A DNA stretch of 64,000 bases from a plasmid. The notes below the pieces were generated by a model, which ran no database searches, was not told the origin of the DNA, and worked only from the letters and a program-made list of their open reading frames with translations. Where the stretch lies: sequence record NZ_CP040186.1; one strand, written 5' to 3'. This document shows, in pieces, positions 29,700 to 41,856 of this stretch (the first letter of the stretch is position 1; each line of letters begins with the position of its first letter). Made by a program: the position numbers and the translations under genes.

Positions 29700-31040
29700 C
29701 CGTTAGTATCATCAATATCAGTATTCGCAAAACCAGATCAGTAATTCTTTAAACCGGTGTATTTCTGCCGTTATGCTACATAAGTTTGCTGTCGTGCCGT
29801 TAGGGCCCAGGCTATTCTGGCCAGCTTGTTTGCCAGAGCACAAGTGACGACAAAGTTGCTTTTCCGGCACAGTAAATCCCTGACCCAATCGGCCAATTTG
29901 CCAGACTGGTGTTCCAGTTTTTGTATGAATACCCTGGCACATTGAACCAACAAAGTTCGGATCTTTTTATTACCTCGCTTACTAATTCCCAGCAATGTCG
30001 TCCTACCTCCCGTGCTGTACTGCCGAGGTACAAGCCCTGTTGCCGCCGCAAAGTCACGGCTGCTGGCGTACTGCTTCCCCGTCGCCAATCTCAGTTGAAA
30101 TAGTACTCGCTGTCAGTGTTCCGACGCAGGGAATGCTCAGCAAGCGCTGTCCAACCTCATCTTCGTCCAACTTTCGTTTCAACTGGGATTCCAAATCTTT
30201 AATCTGCTCAACAAGATAGTGATAATGCTGTTGTAATTTCAGCAATAACTGGCTGAGGTAAAGAGGCAAACTATTATCCTCAAGAATGGTACTCAGTCGG
30301 CTAATAACGGCAGCTCCTCGGGGAACGCTAATGCCAAATTCCAGCAGAAAAGCATGCATTTGATTGGTTGTTTTTACCTTATCCTGAACCAGGGATTCAC
30401 GGACACGATGCAGAGCCCGCATTGCCTGCTGAGATTCCGTTCTGGGCTGCACAAAACGCATAGACGGACGCGATGCAGCTTCACAAATAGCTTCGGCGTC
30501 GACAAAGTCGTTTTTATTGCTTTTAACGAACGGGCGGACAAATTGTGGTGATATCAGCTTTGGGGAATGCCCCAACTCTTCCAACTTGCGTGCCATAAAG
30601 TGAGAACCGCCACAGGCTTCCATTGCGATGGTTGTAGCGGGGCATGTCGCCAAAAATTCGATCAACTTTGGCCGGGTAAATTTTTTACGGTAAACAGCCT
30701 TCCCGCGACGATCCTGGCAATGAATATGGAAAGAGTTTTTACCCAGATCGATACCAATGAGCGCAATGTTTTCCATGATAGTTCTCCGAATGAAAGCCTG
30801 TCCTCAGCATAGTACCGGGAAGGAGGGAGTGACCATCTCATTAAAAATCCCACGCTAAGGTGATTTATTGTTCATTGTATGGTGCTGCCTTACTTATCAG
30901 TACCCTATCGTTAAACTTTTTCTTTTCACAACAAAGATGAAATTTTGCCCGTATTGCCCCGACTCTGTTGTTCCTGTTATCTACCAATGAAGAATTAACA
31001 CTAAACGAATTCGATATAACATATATGTTTTTGACTTCCT
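29700..31040 (-). mobile_element. IS4321/IS5075-like (IS110 family, IS1111 subgroup) element; ends approximate
   Basis: The transposase (30054..30776 plus 29771..30088, split by a frameshift near 30070) is near-identical to IS4321/IS5075 transposase (MENIALIGIDLGKNSFHIHCQDRRGKAVYRKKF...). These elements characteristically target Tn21-family terminal IRs. Confidence 0.6.
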
Positions 31041-31083
31041 GGTTTAGAAGCGCGACACTATTCATTCAACGCAGGAGGTCACG

Positions 31084-31437
31084 ATGTCATCAATTTCACC
31101 CCTACAACTCTTTAAAAGCCTGTCCGATGAAACCCGTCTGGGTATCGTCCTTCTCCTCAAAGAGATGGGTGAACTATGCGTATGCGATCTCTGCACGGCG
31201 CTGGAACAGTCGCAGCCTAAGATCTCCCGTCATCTGGCGATGCTACGTGAAAGCGGATTGTTGCTGGATCGCAAGAATGGGAAATGGGTTCACTACCGCT
31301 TATCTCCGCATATTCCTTCATGGGCTGCTCAGGTTATTGAGCAGGCCTGGTTAAGCCAACAGGACGACGTACAGGCTATCGCCCATAAGCTGGCATCAGC
31401 TAACTGCTCTGGTAGCGGCAAGGCTGTCTGCATCTAA
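31084..31437 (+). CDS. arsR: ArsR arsenic-responsive repressor
   Basis: ELCVCDLC metal-binding motif and HTH. 117 aa. First gene of the ars operon. Confidence 0.85.
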   Translation: MSSISPLQLFKSLSDETRLGIVLLLKEMGELCVCDLCTALEQSQPKISRHLAMLRESGLLLDRKNGKWVHYRLSPHIPSWAAQVIEQAWLSQQDDVQAIAHKLASANCSGSGKAVCI

Positions 31438-31475
31438 AAAATTTGCCTGAACATATATGATTTTTCAAATGTGAG

Positions 31476-31847
31476 GTGTTCATGATGAAAACGTTAACGG
31501 TGTTTGACCCGGCTATGTGTTGCAGTACCGGCGTCTGCGGTACAGATATTGATCAGGTTCTGGTTGATTTTTCTGCGGATGTACAGTGGCTAAAACAGCG
31601 TGAAATTCAGGTTGATCGTTATAACCTGGCACAGCAACCCATGAGCTTTGTACAGAACGAAAAAGCCAAAGCATTCCTTGAGGCATCCGGGGCTGAAGGG
31701 CTTCCATTGTTGTTGCTGGATGGAGAAATGGTGATGGCGGGGCGTTATCCGAAACGCTCAGAGCTGGCCCGCTGGTTCGGAATACCGCTGGAGAAAGTAG
31801 GATTAGCATCTAAAAGCTGCTGCGGTGGTAATACTTCTTGTTGCTGA
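31476..31847 (+). CDS. arsD: ArsD arsenic metallochaperone
   Basis: MKTLTVFDPAMCCSTGVCG N-terminal cysteine motif. Confidence 0.85.
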   Translation: MFMMKTLTVFDPAMCCSTGVCGTDIDQVLVDFSADVQWLKQREIQVDRYNLAQQPMSFVQNEKAKAFLEASGAEGLPLLLLDGEMVMAGRYPKRSELARWFGIPLEKVGLASKSCCGGNTSCC

Positions 31848-31863
31848 AATGTCAGGAGGACAT

Positions 31864-33615
31864 ATGAAATTTTTACAGAATATCCCACCTTACCTGTTTT
31901 TTACCGGTAAAGGGGGCGTCGGTAAAACCTCTATTTCCTGTGCCACCGCTATCAGCCTGGCGGAACAAGGCAAGCGGGTTTTGCTTGTCAGCACCGATCC
32001 GGCTTCAAACGTAGGCCAGGTGTTCAGCCAGACTATTGGCAATACCATTCTGCCGGTGGCCTCTGTACCGGGTCTTTCAGCGCTGGAAATTGATCCTCAG
32101 GCCGCCGCCCAGGAATATCGGGCCAGAATCGTTGATCCTATCAAAGGCATTCTGCCGGATGATGTCGTTAACAGTATTAACGAACAGCTCTCTGGTGCAT
32201 GTACCACCGAAATTGCAGCTTTTGATGAATTTACCGGTCTGTTGACTGACGCATCATTATTGACCCGCTTTGACCATATTATCTTTGATACCGCGCCAAC
32301 CGGTCACACTATTCGTCTTCTCCAGTTGCCCGGTGCGTGGAGTAGCTTCATTGAGAGCAATCCTGATGGTGCTTCCTGTCTTGGCCCGATGGCAGGGCTG
32401 GAGAAACAGCGTGAGCAGTATTCACACGCCGTCCAGGCATTGTCTGATCCGGATCGTACGAGGCTGGTTTTAGTGGCTCGACTGCAAAAATCAACGCTTC
32501 AGGAAGTCGCCCGTACTCATGATGAGCTTGCGGCGATAGGTCTCAAAAATCAGTATCTGGTCATCAACGGCGTGTTACCTGAGACAGAAGCAGTCAACGA
32601 TACCCTGGCGGCTGCAATATGGGGCCGGGAGCAGGAGGCGCTGGCAAGTCTTCCCGCTGGTCTGGACGCTCTCCCTACTGACACATTATTCCTTCAACCA
32701 GTGAATATGGTCGGTGTGTCTGCTTTAAGGGGACTTCTCACCTCCCAACCTGAGACGGCTTCATTTGCTGAAGTGTCCGCCCTGCAAAAACCAGCGATAT
32801 CGTCGTTGTCTGCTCTGGTTGATGAGATTGCCCTTAATGAACACGGCCTGATTATGCTGATGGGTAAAGGTGGCGTGGGTAAAACAACCATGGCTGCGGC
32901 CATTGCAGTCAGACTGGCCGAAATGGGATTTGATGTGCATCTCACGACGTCAGATCCTGCTGCACACCTGAGCACAACCCTCAATGGAAGCCTCAATAAC
33001 CTGCAGGTCAGCAGAATCGACCCTCATGATGAAACAGAACGTTATCGCCAGCATGTCCTTGAAACGAAAGGACGTGACCTGGATGAAGCGGGGAAACATC
33101 TGCTGGAAGAGGATTTACGCTCTCCGTGTACCGAAGAGATTGCTGTGTTCCAGGCCTTCTCACGGGTGATCCGTGAAGCGGGTAAACGGTTTGTCGTCAT
33201 GGATACGGCACCGACAGGACATACATTGTTGCTGCTTGATGCTACCGGGGCATACCACCGGGAGATAGCAAAGAAAATGGGAGATAAAGGCCATTTCTCT
33301 ACGCCAATGATGCAGCTTCAGGATCCGGAAAGAACAAAAGTATTACTGGTCACTCTGCCGGAAACGACCCCCGTTCTTGAGGCTGCAAATTTACAAGCCG
33401 ATCTTGAACGTGCCGGGATTCATCCATGGGGCTGGATTATCAATAACAGTCTTTCCATCGCTGAAACCCGTTCACCGCTGCTTCGTCAGCGCGCGCAGCA
33501 GGAACTGCCTCAAATCGAGGCTGTAAAGAACCAGCATGCTACCCGTGTTGCACTGGTTCCTGTTCTTGCGGCAGAGCCAACCGGTATAGACAAACTCAAA
33601 CAGCTCGCAGGTTAA
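31864..33615 (+). CDS. arsA: ArsA arsenite-transporting ATPase
   Basis: ATG at 31864 ([23 protein letters not shown]). Duplicated Walker A (GKGGVGKTS and GKGGVGKTT). The listed ORF start at 31825 is an upstream alternative start. Confidence 0.85.
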   Translation: MKFLQNIPPYLFFTGKGGVGKTSISCATAISLAEQGKRVLLVSTDPASNVGQVFSQTIGNTILPVASVPGLSALEIDPQAAAQEYRARIVDPIKGILPDDVVNSINEQLSGACTTEIAAFDEFTGLLTDASLLTRFDHIIFDTAPTGHTIRLLQLPGAWSSFIESNPDGASCLGPMAGLEKQREQYSHAVQALSDPDRTRLVLVARLQKSTLQEVARTHDELAAIGLKNQYLVINGVLPETEAVNDTLAAAIWGREQEALASLPAGLDALPTDTLFLQPVNMVGVSALRGLLTSQPETASFAEVSALQKPAISSLSALVDEIALNEHGLIMLMGKGGVGKTTMAAAIAVRLAEMGFDVHLTTSDPAAHLSTTLNGSLNNLQVSRIDPHDETERYRQHVLETKGRDLDEAGKHLLEEDLRSPCTEEIAVFQAFSRVIREAGKRFVVMDTAPTGHTLLLLDATGAYHREIAKKMGDKGHFSTPMMQLQDPERTKVLLVTLPETTPVLEAANLQADLERAGIHPWGWIINNSLSIAETRSPLLRQRAQQELPQIEAVKNQHATRVALVPVLAAEPTGIDKLKQLAG

Positions 33616-33661
33616 TTTTTACTATATACAGGGCAGTCATGCTGCCCTGTCAGGAGGTTTT

Positions 33662-34951
33662 ATGTTACTGGCAGGAGCAATTTTCATCCTGACCATCGTG
33701 TTGGTTATCTGGCAGCCGAAGGGGTTAGGGATTGGCTGGAGCGCCATATTTGGCGCAATACTGGCACTCATATCTGGGGTAGTACACATTACCGACATTC
33801 TGGTGGTATGGAATATCGTCTGGAACGCCACAGCAACCTTTATTGCCGTGATTATCATCAGTTTGCTGCTGGATGAGTCTGGCTTTTTTGAATGGGCAGC
33901 ATTGCATGTTTCCCGCTGGGGAAATGGCCGGGGTCGCCTGCTGTTTACTTATATCGTTCTGCTCGGTGCTGCGGTAGCAGCGCTATTTGCCAATGATGGT
34001 GCAGCTCTCATCCTGACGCCGATCGTGATTGCCATGTTGCTGGCTCTGGGATTCAGTAAAAGCACCACGCTGGCATTTGTAATGGCTGCAGGGTTTATTG
34101 CCGATACCGCCAGCCTGCCGCTGATTGTGTCGAACCTGGTCAATATTGTTTCTGCTGACTTCTTCCATCTGGGCTTCACGGAATATGCTTCCGTGATGGT
34201 GCCTGTGGATATTGCCGCCATTATTGCCACGCTGGTGATGCTGCATCTGTTTTTCCGCAAAGATATCCCCCCGACCTATGATCTGAACCGACTGAAAGAA
34301 CCTGCTCTTGCTATCAAAGATCCGGCGACGTTCAGAACGGGCTGGATTGTATTAATCCTTCTGCTGGCAGGTTTTTTTGTGCTTGAGCCGCTGGGTATTC
34401 CTGTCAGCGCTATTGCAGCTGTGGGTGCTGCTATCCTCTTTGTCGTGGCTAAAAGAGGTCATGCCATTAACACCGGTAAAGTCCTGCGTGGTGCACCGTG
34501 GCAGATTGTGATTTTCTCACTGGGAATGTATCTGGTTGTGTATGGGTTGCGTAATGCCGGGCTGACAGAATACCTCTCTGACGTGTTGAATTTACTTGCA
34601 GACAAAGGGCTTTTGGCGGCCACATTTGGCACGGGATTCCTGACAGCATTCCTGTCATCCATCATGAACAACATGCCTACTGTATTGATTGGCGCATTGT
34701 CGATCGATGGCAGCACCGCATCGGGTGTCATCAAAGAAGCAATGATTTATGCCAATGTCATCGGTTGCGATCTGGGACCTAAAATTACGCCTATTGGTAG
34801 CCTGGCAACGCTACTCTGGCTGCATGTACTTTCACAGAAGAAGATGACAATCACCTGGGGATACTATTTTCGCACCGGGATTATCATGACTCTGCCTGTG
34901 CTGTTTGTAACGCTGGCCGCGCTGGCGCTACGTCTCTCTTTCACTTTGTAA
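33662..34951 (+). CDS. arsB: ArsB arsenite efflux permease
   Basis: 429-aa polytopic membrane protein, ArsB-like throughout. Confidence 0.85.
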   Translation: MLLAGAIFILTIVLVIWQPKGLGIGWSAIFGAILALISGVVHITDILVVWNIVWNATATFIAVIIISLLLDESGFFEWAALHVSRWGNGRGRLLFTYIVLLGAAVAALFANDGAALILTPIVIAMLLALGFSKSTTLAFVMAAGFIADTASLPLIVSNLVNIVSADFFHLGFTEYASVMVPVDIAAIIATLVMLHLFFRKDIPPTYDLNRLKEPALAIKDPATFRTGWIVLILLLAGFFVLEPLGIPVSAIAAVGAAILFVVAKRGHAINTGKVLRGAPWQIVIFSLGMYLVVYGLRNAGLTEYLSDVLNLLADKGLLAATFGTGFLTAFLSSIMNNMPTVLIGALSIDGSTASGVIKEAMIYANVIGCDLGPKITPIGSLATLLWLHVLSQKKMTITWGYYFRTGIIMTLPVLFVTLAALALRLSFTL

Positions 34952-34963
34952 TGAGATACTGAT

Positions 34964-35389
34964 ATGAGCAACATTACCATTTATCACAACCCAGCCTGCG
35001 GCACCTCTCGCAACACGCTTGAGATGATCCGTAACAGCGGTACAGAGCCGACCGTTATTCATTATCTTGAGACACCACCATCACGCGATGAACTGGTTAA
35101 ACTTATTGCGGATATGGGGATCACAGTACGAGCGCTGCTGCGTAAGAATGTCGAGCCTTTTGAAGCATTAGGGCTGGCGGAAGACCGCTTTACTGACGAG
35201 CAGTTAATCGACTTTATGTTACAGCATCCTATTCTGATTAACCGCCCGATTGTGGTGACGCCACTGGGGACCCGGCTGTGTCGTCCTTCAGAAGTGGTGC
35301 TGGATATTCTTCCGGATGCACAAAAACACGCGTTCACCAAAGAAGATGGTGAAAAAGTCGTTGATGATGCAGGTAAACGACTGAAATGA
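34964..35389 (+). CDS. arsC: ArsC arsenate reductase (glutaredoxin-coupled type)
   Basis: MSNITIYHNPACGTSRN N-terminal catalytic Cys motif. 141 aa. Confidence 0.85.
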   Translation: MSNITIYHNPACGTSRNTLEMIRNSGTEPTVIHYLETPPSRDELVKLIADMGITVRALLRKNVEPFEALGLAEDRFTDEQLIDFMLQHPILINRPIVVTPLGTRLCRPSEVVLDILPDAQKHAFTKEDGEKVVDDAGKRLK

Positions 35390-35468
35390 ATCCTAAGGGG
35401 CATTTGCCCCTTTATATTTTACTTTGCCAGCCACCCTTGATGATGCTTTCCATAGCGACATTATTCTG

Positions 35469-36236
35469 GGTAATGCTGCCAACTTACTGATTTAGTGTAT
35501 GATGGTGATTTTAAGGTGCTTGCGTGGCTTCCATTTCCATCAGATGTCCTTCCTGCTCCGCTACTGAAGGCGTGGTGCGTAACGGCAAAAGCACTGCCGG
35601 ACATCAGCGCTATCTCTGCTCTCATTGCCGTAAAACATGGCAACTACAGTTCACTTACACCGCCTCTCAGCCCGGTACGCACCAGAAAATCATTGATATG
35701 GCCATGAATGGCGTCGGATGTCGCGCCAGTGCACGCATTATGGGCGTTGGCCTCAACACGGTTTTACGTCACTTAAAAAACTCAGGCCGCAGTCGGTAAC
35801 CTCGCGCATACAACCGGGCAGTGATGTGATTGTCTGCGCTGAAATGGACGAACAGTGGGGCTACGTCGGTGCTAAATCACGTCAGCGCTGGCTGTTTTAC
35901 GCGTATGACAGGATACGGAGGACGGTTGTGGCGCACGTCTTCGGTGAACGCACTCTGGCCACACTGGAGCGTCTTCTGAGCCTGCTGTCGGCCTTTGAGG
36001 TCGTGGTATGGATGACGGATGGCTGGCCGCTGTATGAATCCCGCCTGAAGGGAAAGCTGCACGTTATCAGCAAGCGTTACACTCAGCGCATTGAGCGACA
36101 TAACCTGAATCTGAGACAACATCTGGCAAGGCTGGGACGGAAGTCACTGTCGTTCTCAAAATCGGTGGAGCTGCATGACAAGGTCATAGGGCATTATCTG
36201 AACATAAAACACTATCAGTAAGTTGGAGTCATTACC
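35469..36236 (+). mobile_element. IS1 (IS1-like variant), 768 bp
   Basis: IRL GGTAATGCTGCCAACTTACTGAT at 35469 and IRR ...AGTTGGAGTCATTACC ending at 36236. insA 35524..35799 and insB 35718..36221. Confidence 0.9.
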
Positions 36237-36888
36237 GAAAACCGCGCCTTATATCCCCGCCCTGAAGGTCGGGGTTTTACGGCGCACTGGATAACAGGGG
36301 CCTCCTTGCCGTCCCCCAAAAACAAACGGTATGTTTATGCGCTGTGATGATTCCCCCAGATTCTTTTCATGGTCCAGTGGTGTCTACAAAGTCAATTAAT
36401 ACGATAACGTGACGGACTTTCAATATGTTACCCACACGGTTATCCCCCGTTACTGTGGATAATCAATATATTGTGTCTCTGGCAGTTGCTTTTCCTACCA
36501 TATGTTGTCCCTCCCCGTTCTATTTTGTGATCGGACAGTGTGAAAAACGACATCACAGTGGAGACGCTGCTGACGGGATGATGTTCATCCAGGGTCGTAA
36601 GATCGGCCGGTACTGGTTACCCGCCGGACGAAGGGCCGGCCAACGCGCAGCGTCGGTAGCTGGCTTTAAAAATGCCGGCGGAAATTTAAAGATTAAGCTG
36701 CATACTCTGCGAAATTTTGCAAATTTCACTCAACATGCTTCGTTCAGATCCCAATAGAGCTTTCACCATCGCCTGTAATAGCCGCCCTGCTGCGTGATTA
36801 CTCCGCTCATCGGGTTGCTGGCGACAAGCCAATACCTGTTCGTGACAGGCATTGATTGAACCGTTATCCCTAACTAATAATGTGCCGA

Positions 36889-37177
36889 CGATGCAGGTGG
36901 GACCGTGGTCCCAGGGAGATAACCTGACCGGCGATGCAGGTGGGACCGTGGTCCCAGGCAGATAAGCTGACAGATGACGCAGGTGGGACCGTGGTCCCAG
37001 GCAGATAAGCTGACTGACGACGCAGGTGGGACCATGGTCCCAGGCAGATAAGCTGACAGATGACGCAGGTGGGACCGTGGTCCCAGGGAGATAACCTGAC
37101 CGGCGATACAGGTGGGACCGTGGTCCCAGGCAGATAAGCTGACCGACGATGCAGGTGGGACCGTGGTCCCAGAGAGA
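36889..37177. repeat. sopC: sopC centromere: 7 tandem 43-bp repeats each carrying TGGGACC-N-GGTCCCA
   Basis: Motif gcaggtgggaccgtggtccca recurs at about 36892, 36935, 36979, 37022, 37065, 37109 and 37152. This is the SopB-binding inverted repeat of F sopC, which has 12 copies. Confidence 0.85.
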
Positions 37178-37260
37178 ATATTCAGGCCAGTTATGTTTTC
37201 TGGCCTGTGAGAAAGGAAATGAAGTAAAGGGAGATCACCGTAGACTAATGCGTGTCCGCA

Positions 37261-38232
37261 TCAGACTCCTGGTTTCTCAAGCTCCTTAAGAATGGCTTCT
37301 ATTTTCTCTATACACTCCGCAGGAATGCGGGACTTATCCAGGTTAAGCACCATTTTATCGCCCTTATACAATGCTGTTGCCCCTGGAGCAAACTGATGAC
37401 GTGAGCTCAGATTAACTCTTGAGGCGGGAGATTGTTTCAGTACGGATGTTAAAAGACTAATGACCTCTTCAGCTTCAAAGATTAGTCCCGCTTTCTTCTG
37501 ATCGTGGAGAGTCTCAGCCTGCTGCTTCAGTAATTCTTCTTTATCTGCAAAAGCCTTCTGAAGGGCTTCACCTGACCGGGCAGACAGTTCTCCAGGATGT
37601 GCAAACAGGGCAACAACGGATTTAGGCAGTTTGGCCGTATTAATACAGCGGGTAATGATCTTACGTGAAATGTTTTCCGCATCGGCAAGCGCAGAAATAT
37701 TTCCTGCAAACTCATTCTGCAGCCGGCTTGTATAACGCAGGCCACGTTCATAAGCACTCGTCGGCCGATAATCGTTACCCAGTCGGGACAATGCAGCCAT
37801 CTGCTCATCGTCCAGTTCACCAACCAGAACGCGATAATCACTTTCCGTCAGGATTGCGGCTTTACGGCGACGGCTGCCGTCTGCAATTTCTATGACATCA
37901 GAAACCCGGCGGCCGAAAGCTGGAGTCTGCTGACCGGTCAGTAAAAATGAAGGAATGAGATCATCCAGAGCATCTTCGGTAAGTAGTTCCTGATCGCGCT
38001 CATTGCCTGACCATACGCGTGAAGCGCTCTCAACAGAGTCTCCCCGGAGCACCTCAAGGGTAAATTTTACTTCCCGTCCACTTACCGGAAGAGAGATTGC
38101 ATTACCGCGGGCCATAGCACCCACGCGCGCAATTAATGAATCCACCATCGGCGCGGCCGGCGCCGGTGATGAAGTATCTTCAGTCGATTGAGTATGTGTG
38201 GTATGTCTTGGAATGACAGGAGCACGCTTCAT
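37261..38232 (-). CDS. sopB: SopB (ParB-family centromere-binding protein)
   Basis: 323 aa, near-identical to F SopB ([10 protein letters not shown]...[17 protein letters not shown]). Confidence 0.9.
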   Translation of the reverse strand: MKRAPVIPRHTTHTQSTEDTSSPAPAAPMVDSLIARVGAMARGNAISLPVSGREVKFTLEVLRGDSVESASRVWSGNERDQELLTEDALDDLIPSFLLTGQQTPAFGRRVSDVIEIADGSRRRKAAILTESDYRVLVGELDDEQMAALSRLGNDYRPTSAYERGLRYTSRLQNEFAGNISALADAENISRKIITRCINTAKLPKSVVALFAHPGELSARSGEALQKAFADKEELLKQQAETLHDQKKAGLIFEAEEVISLLTSVLKQSPASRVNLSSRHQFAPGATALYKGDKMVLNLDKSRIPAECIEKIEAILKELEKPGV

Positions 38233-39407
38233 TATCTAATCTCCCAGCGTGGTTTAATCAGACGATCAAAAATCTCATTGCAAACAGGCTCCCAGATAGA
38301 GAGGGCATTACGCCAGGCACCGGTTGAAGAACGTTGATCAATAGCCTGTTCAAAAACGGTTCTCATACGGATCTGACCTTTGCCGACTTCATCCGTTTCG
38401 CGCACAACATTTTTAAGGACCATGCTTCCCCAGGCATCCCGAATTTGTTCTTCCATCCACGGGGACTGCGAGCCATTATTATTACTGTATTTGGTAAGCA
38501 GAATACGGACATCTGGCTCGAAGCCTTTAAGATCCACGTTCTTAAGCAGGTCACGAAGCATATCGAAAAACTGCAGTGCGGAGGTGTAGTCGAACAGCTC
38601 TGCCGGAGTAGGGACAATCAGAACATCAGCAGCGCATACAACATTTATCGTACCGATACCAAGGTTGGGTGCGCTGTCGATAACTATCACGTCATAATCA
38701 TGAGCGACAGTTTCAATGGCCAGACGGAGCATCAGGTGCGGGTCAGCAGGTAATTTGCCTTCGTCAAATTTCCCCATCAGCTCGGTTTCAATGCGGTGCA
38801 GTGCCAGACAGGACGGGATGATATCAAGGCCAGGCCAGCAGGTGGGCTTTATAGCGTAGCTGGCGTCATCCTTTTCCCCAAGATAAAAGGGCAGGAGAGT
38901 GTCCTCAGCATGAATATGAAGATCGGGCACCCATCCGTGATACATAGAAGCAGTTCCCTGTGGGTCATTGCCTTCAACAAGCAGAACACGGAGTCCTTTC
39001 AGAGCAAGATCCTGAGCCAGGTGAACGGATACTGAGGTTTTGTAAACACCACCTTTGTGAGCTGCAACGCCAATCACCGGCGGAAACGCATCTTCAGCAC
39101 GGCGCAGTCGTGTACCAAATACATCCCGCATGTGATTGATTTGTTCGATGGTATAACCAACGCGTTGCTCAACTCTCCCACGGGTTTCCATATCAGGGTG
39201 CGGCAGCCGGCCAGCTTTCTCGGCATCCCTGATAGCCTGAGATGACACGCCAACTAAATCTGCCGCTTCACCAATCCTCCAGCGCCGGGTTATTTTCCGG
39301 GCTTCCGGACTGTCATCATTAAACTGTGCAATGGCGATTGCTTTCGTCATTTCATGACCAGCACTTATGCACTGGTTGAGTGTATCCATGAGTCCCATAC
39401 TGAACAT
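38232..39407 (-). CDS. sopA: SopA (ParA-family partition ATPase)
   Basis: Near-identical to F SopA (…[42 protein letters not shown]…, deviant Walker A KGGVYKTS). Exact start codon is uncertain. Confidence 0.9.
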   Translation of the reverse strand: MFSMGLMDTLNQCISAGHEMTKAIAIAQFNDDSPEARKITRRWRIGEAADLVGVSSQAIRDAEKAGRLPHPDMETRGRVEQRVGYTIEQINHMRDVFGTRLRRAEDAFPPVIGVAAHKGGVYKTSVSVHLAQDLALKGLRVLLVEGNDPQGTASMYHGWVPDLHIHAEDTLLPFYLGEKDDASYAIKPTCWPGLDIIPSCLALHRIETELMGKFDEGKLPADPHLMLRLAIETVAHDYDVIVIDSAPNLGIGTINVVCAADVLIVPTPAELFDYTSALQFFDMLRDLLKNVDLKGFEPDVRILLTKYSNNNGSQSPWMEEQIRDAWGSMVLKNVVRETDEVGKGQIRMRTVFEQAIDQRSSTGAWRNALSIWEPVCNEIFDRLIKPRWEIR

Positions 39408-39689
39408 CCTTTAATCATCACTTTGCATTATTTTATTAAATCTTGGAATTCATTGCAAAGCAACAATAAAATCGCAAAGTACACGAAAAAGTGCAAAGTG
39501 AACCACATTGGGTAATGAAAGAACGCAGGGGATTACAAAAGAGTACATACCGCAGTCAATATTAATCACTGCCGCTCGCCGCAGTAAGCGATCTCACACA
39601 GTGAGAAAGCGGCGAGGAAGCGGAAAATCACAGAATTCACAGATTGCACGTACGTCGGGTTGCTAAAGATGGCTCGGGATCAGCCAGTA

Positions 39690-40130
39690 ATAATGAAATT
39701 GACTGCGGTATGTAATATATTGACTATGGTATGATGCTTACCGCATCTGTGTCGAGGAAGAGGAAAGACGACTCAGCATACCGCAGTCAATGTTTCATTG
39801 TTGTACCTGTAGATCTCAATCTTCCAGAGCGTATTCAGGAAAATAAGGCCAGGGTTCTGGATATCTGGTGTGGCGCTTCCGGGCTTGTATCTGGGTTATT
39901 CATGGTCTCGATCCAATAATTGATCCCAAGGAGATCATAATGAGATCCAAAAGAGATCCCCGGATCGCTCCAGCATGCGCTGTAACTGGCTTTAACGTCT
40001 GTCTGGATCGACTGTGGAATGTAAAATGTTGACTGTTATATGCATAATCTAATACTGTGATATGCAACGGTATTTACTGAGGTATGTATATCCGTTGACT
40101 GCGATACGTATTACTACATCCTTTTGTGGA
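39690..40130. repeat. RepFIB upstream iterons (TTGACTG-N-ATATG-like repeats)
   Basis: Repeated units: attgactgcggtatgta, attgactatggtatgat, cgcagtcaatg, gttgactgttatatgcat and cgttgactgcgatacgtat. Confidence 0.6.
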
Positions 40131-40136
40131 TAACCG

Positions 40137-41159
40137 TTGAGGATCAAGATGACGAGCGAAAATAACAGCTTACTTCTGAACCTTCAGGAGGTTGATAAGA
40201 CAACCGGTGAAGTTGTTAAGCTGGATGTCAACAGCACCAGTACCGTGCAGCCAGTAGCGCTCATGAGACTCGGTCTCTTCGTCCCAACTCTGAAATCAAC
40301 AGGGAAGAGCAAGGCGAACCGGAAAAACGTTACAGACGCGACTGAGGAGCTTGTACAGCTGTCCATTGCCAAAAGCGAAGGATACACTGACGTTAAGATC
40401 ACCGGTTCGCGTCTTGATATGGACACGGATTTTAAAGTCTGGCTGGGGATAATTCGCTCCATGTCGGAGTATGGGGTAAAAAGTGACACCCTGGAACTGT
40501 CGTTCGTCGAATTCGTTAAGATGTGCGGATTTGACTCCCGTCGTTCAAACAAAAAAATGCGCGATCGCATCAGTAATTCCCTGTTTAAACTCGCCTCGGT
40601 TACGCTGAAGTTCCAGAGCGAGACCAAAGGATGGACCACCCATCTGGTGCAGTCAGCCTATTATGATATCAACGAGGATATCGTTGAGATCAAGGCTGAA
40701 CCTAAGCTGTTTGAGCTTTACCACATGGACAGAAGGGTACTGCTGCGGCTGAAAGCCATTGACGCCCTGCAGCGCAAGGAATCAGCCCAGGCGCTTTATA
40801 CCTACATCGAAAGTCTTCCCCAGAATCCTGCACCTATTTCCATGAAACGGATGCGTGACCGGCTGAATCTCACCTCAAATGTCTATACGCAGAACCACAC
40901 GGTGCGTAAGGCGATGGAGCAGCTGCGGGATATTGGTTATCTGGATTACACTGAGTTTAAACGTGGCCGAGCCACCTATTTCAGCGTGCATTATCGCAAC
41001 CCCAAACTCATCAGTGGTCCTGTGAAGGTTCCGCGCAAAGAGGAAGAAGAGAAGGCGCCAGAGCAAAATTATGACGAAGTCATTAAGGCGCTGAAGGCTG
41101 CTGGCATCGATCCCCTTAAACTGGCCGAAGCTCTCTCAGCGATGAAGCCAGAAAATTGA
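40137..41159 (+). CDS. repA: RepFIB replication initiator (RepA of IncFIB, P307-like)
   Basis: [36 protein letters not shown]... matches P307 RepFIB RepA (MDKSSGELVTL…[19 protein letters not shown]). True start may be an internal GTG/ATG at 40149 or 40189. Confidence 0.8.
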   Translation: MRIKMTSENNSLLLNLQEVDKTTGEVVKLDVNSTSTVQPVALMRLGLFVPTLKSTGKSKANRKNVTDATEELVQLSIAKSEGYTDVKITGSRLDMDTDFKVWLGIIRSMSEYGVKSDTLELSFVEFVKMCGFDSRRSNKKMRDRISNSLFKLASVTLKFQSETKGWTTHLVQSAYYDINEDIVEIKAEPKLFELYHMDRRVLLRLKAIDALQRKESAQALYTYIESLPQNPAPISMKRMRDRLNLTSNVYTQNHTVRKAMEQLRDIGYLDYTEFKRGRATYFSVHYRNPKLISGPVKVPRKEEEEKAPEQNYDEVIKALKAAGIDPLKLAEALSAMKPEN

Positions 41160-41400
41160 CTGCGATATGCATAACATGACTGCCGGATGCCGCTAAGGAC
41201 ATTCCATTGACTGTGATATGCATCACGCATACCGCAGTCAATATGTGTTCTCCATCATGTCTGCCATGATCGAACAATATTGACTGTCATATGTGATTTC
41301 AGGCCGTGATACGCAGATATTGACTACGGTATGCGGGTTTAACGGCGATATTCCCAGGTCTGTGCACTGCTCCACACGTGTTAACATGCCACAGTCAATT
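41160..41400. repeat. RepFIB downstream iterons
   Basis: ttgactgcgatatgcata, ttgactgtgatatgcatc, cgcagtcaatatg, ttgactgtcatatgtgat, ttgactacggtatgcggg, ccacagtcaatt. Confidence 0.6.
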
Positions 41401-41856
41401 TTTCAGTAAAGCTCTATACCCCTTACGAAAATCTCAATCGGATGCTGAGACGGTCATGTTACCTGACGGTATCCGTTCCCCTGTGTATTGCAGGTTTAGC
41501 CCGGCAGGATGAGACTGCAGCTGTCTGTATAACCCGGCGCCAGCTTCACACTGCTAAATGCGAACAGGAGACCGATGGCAGAAGGGAGTGAGCCACAGGG
41601 GTGAATGACTTTCGCAATTAACGGGATGATTCACTGAGCTTTCAGGAAACAATACACTGTGGGATGTACGGCCTGTGTCCTGTCTTGTCTGCGGTATGTC
41701 GATGCCTGCAGGCTTGCAGGTCACCGTGCAAGACCACGGCTGTTCAGTCATCCGAATGATGTCCTGGTGTGCTGGAGCAGGGAGGGGCACTGAATGCGCT
41801 CTGCTCCTGTATTTCGTATTAGCGGAATACAGGACGTCATGCCAGGGCCGTCAATC

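Noticed and set aside
36425-36757. 110-aa ORF between IS1 and sopC
   Set aside because: No RBS, odd composition, and it overlaps the region leading into the sopC repeats. Likely non-coding.
36889-37177. Regular 43-bp direct repeats that might suggest a CRISPR array
   Set aside because: The repeats are contiguous with no unique spacers. Each contains the SopB-binding TGGGACC-N-GGTCCCA palindrome, and sopB/sopA follow immediately. This is the sopC centromere, not CRISPR.
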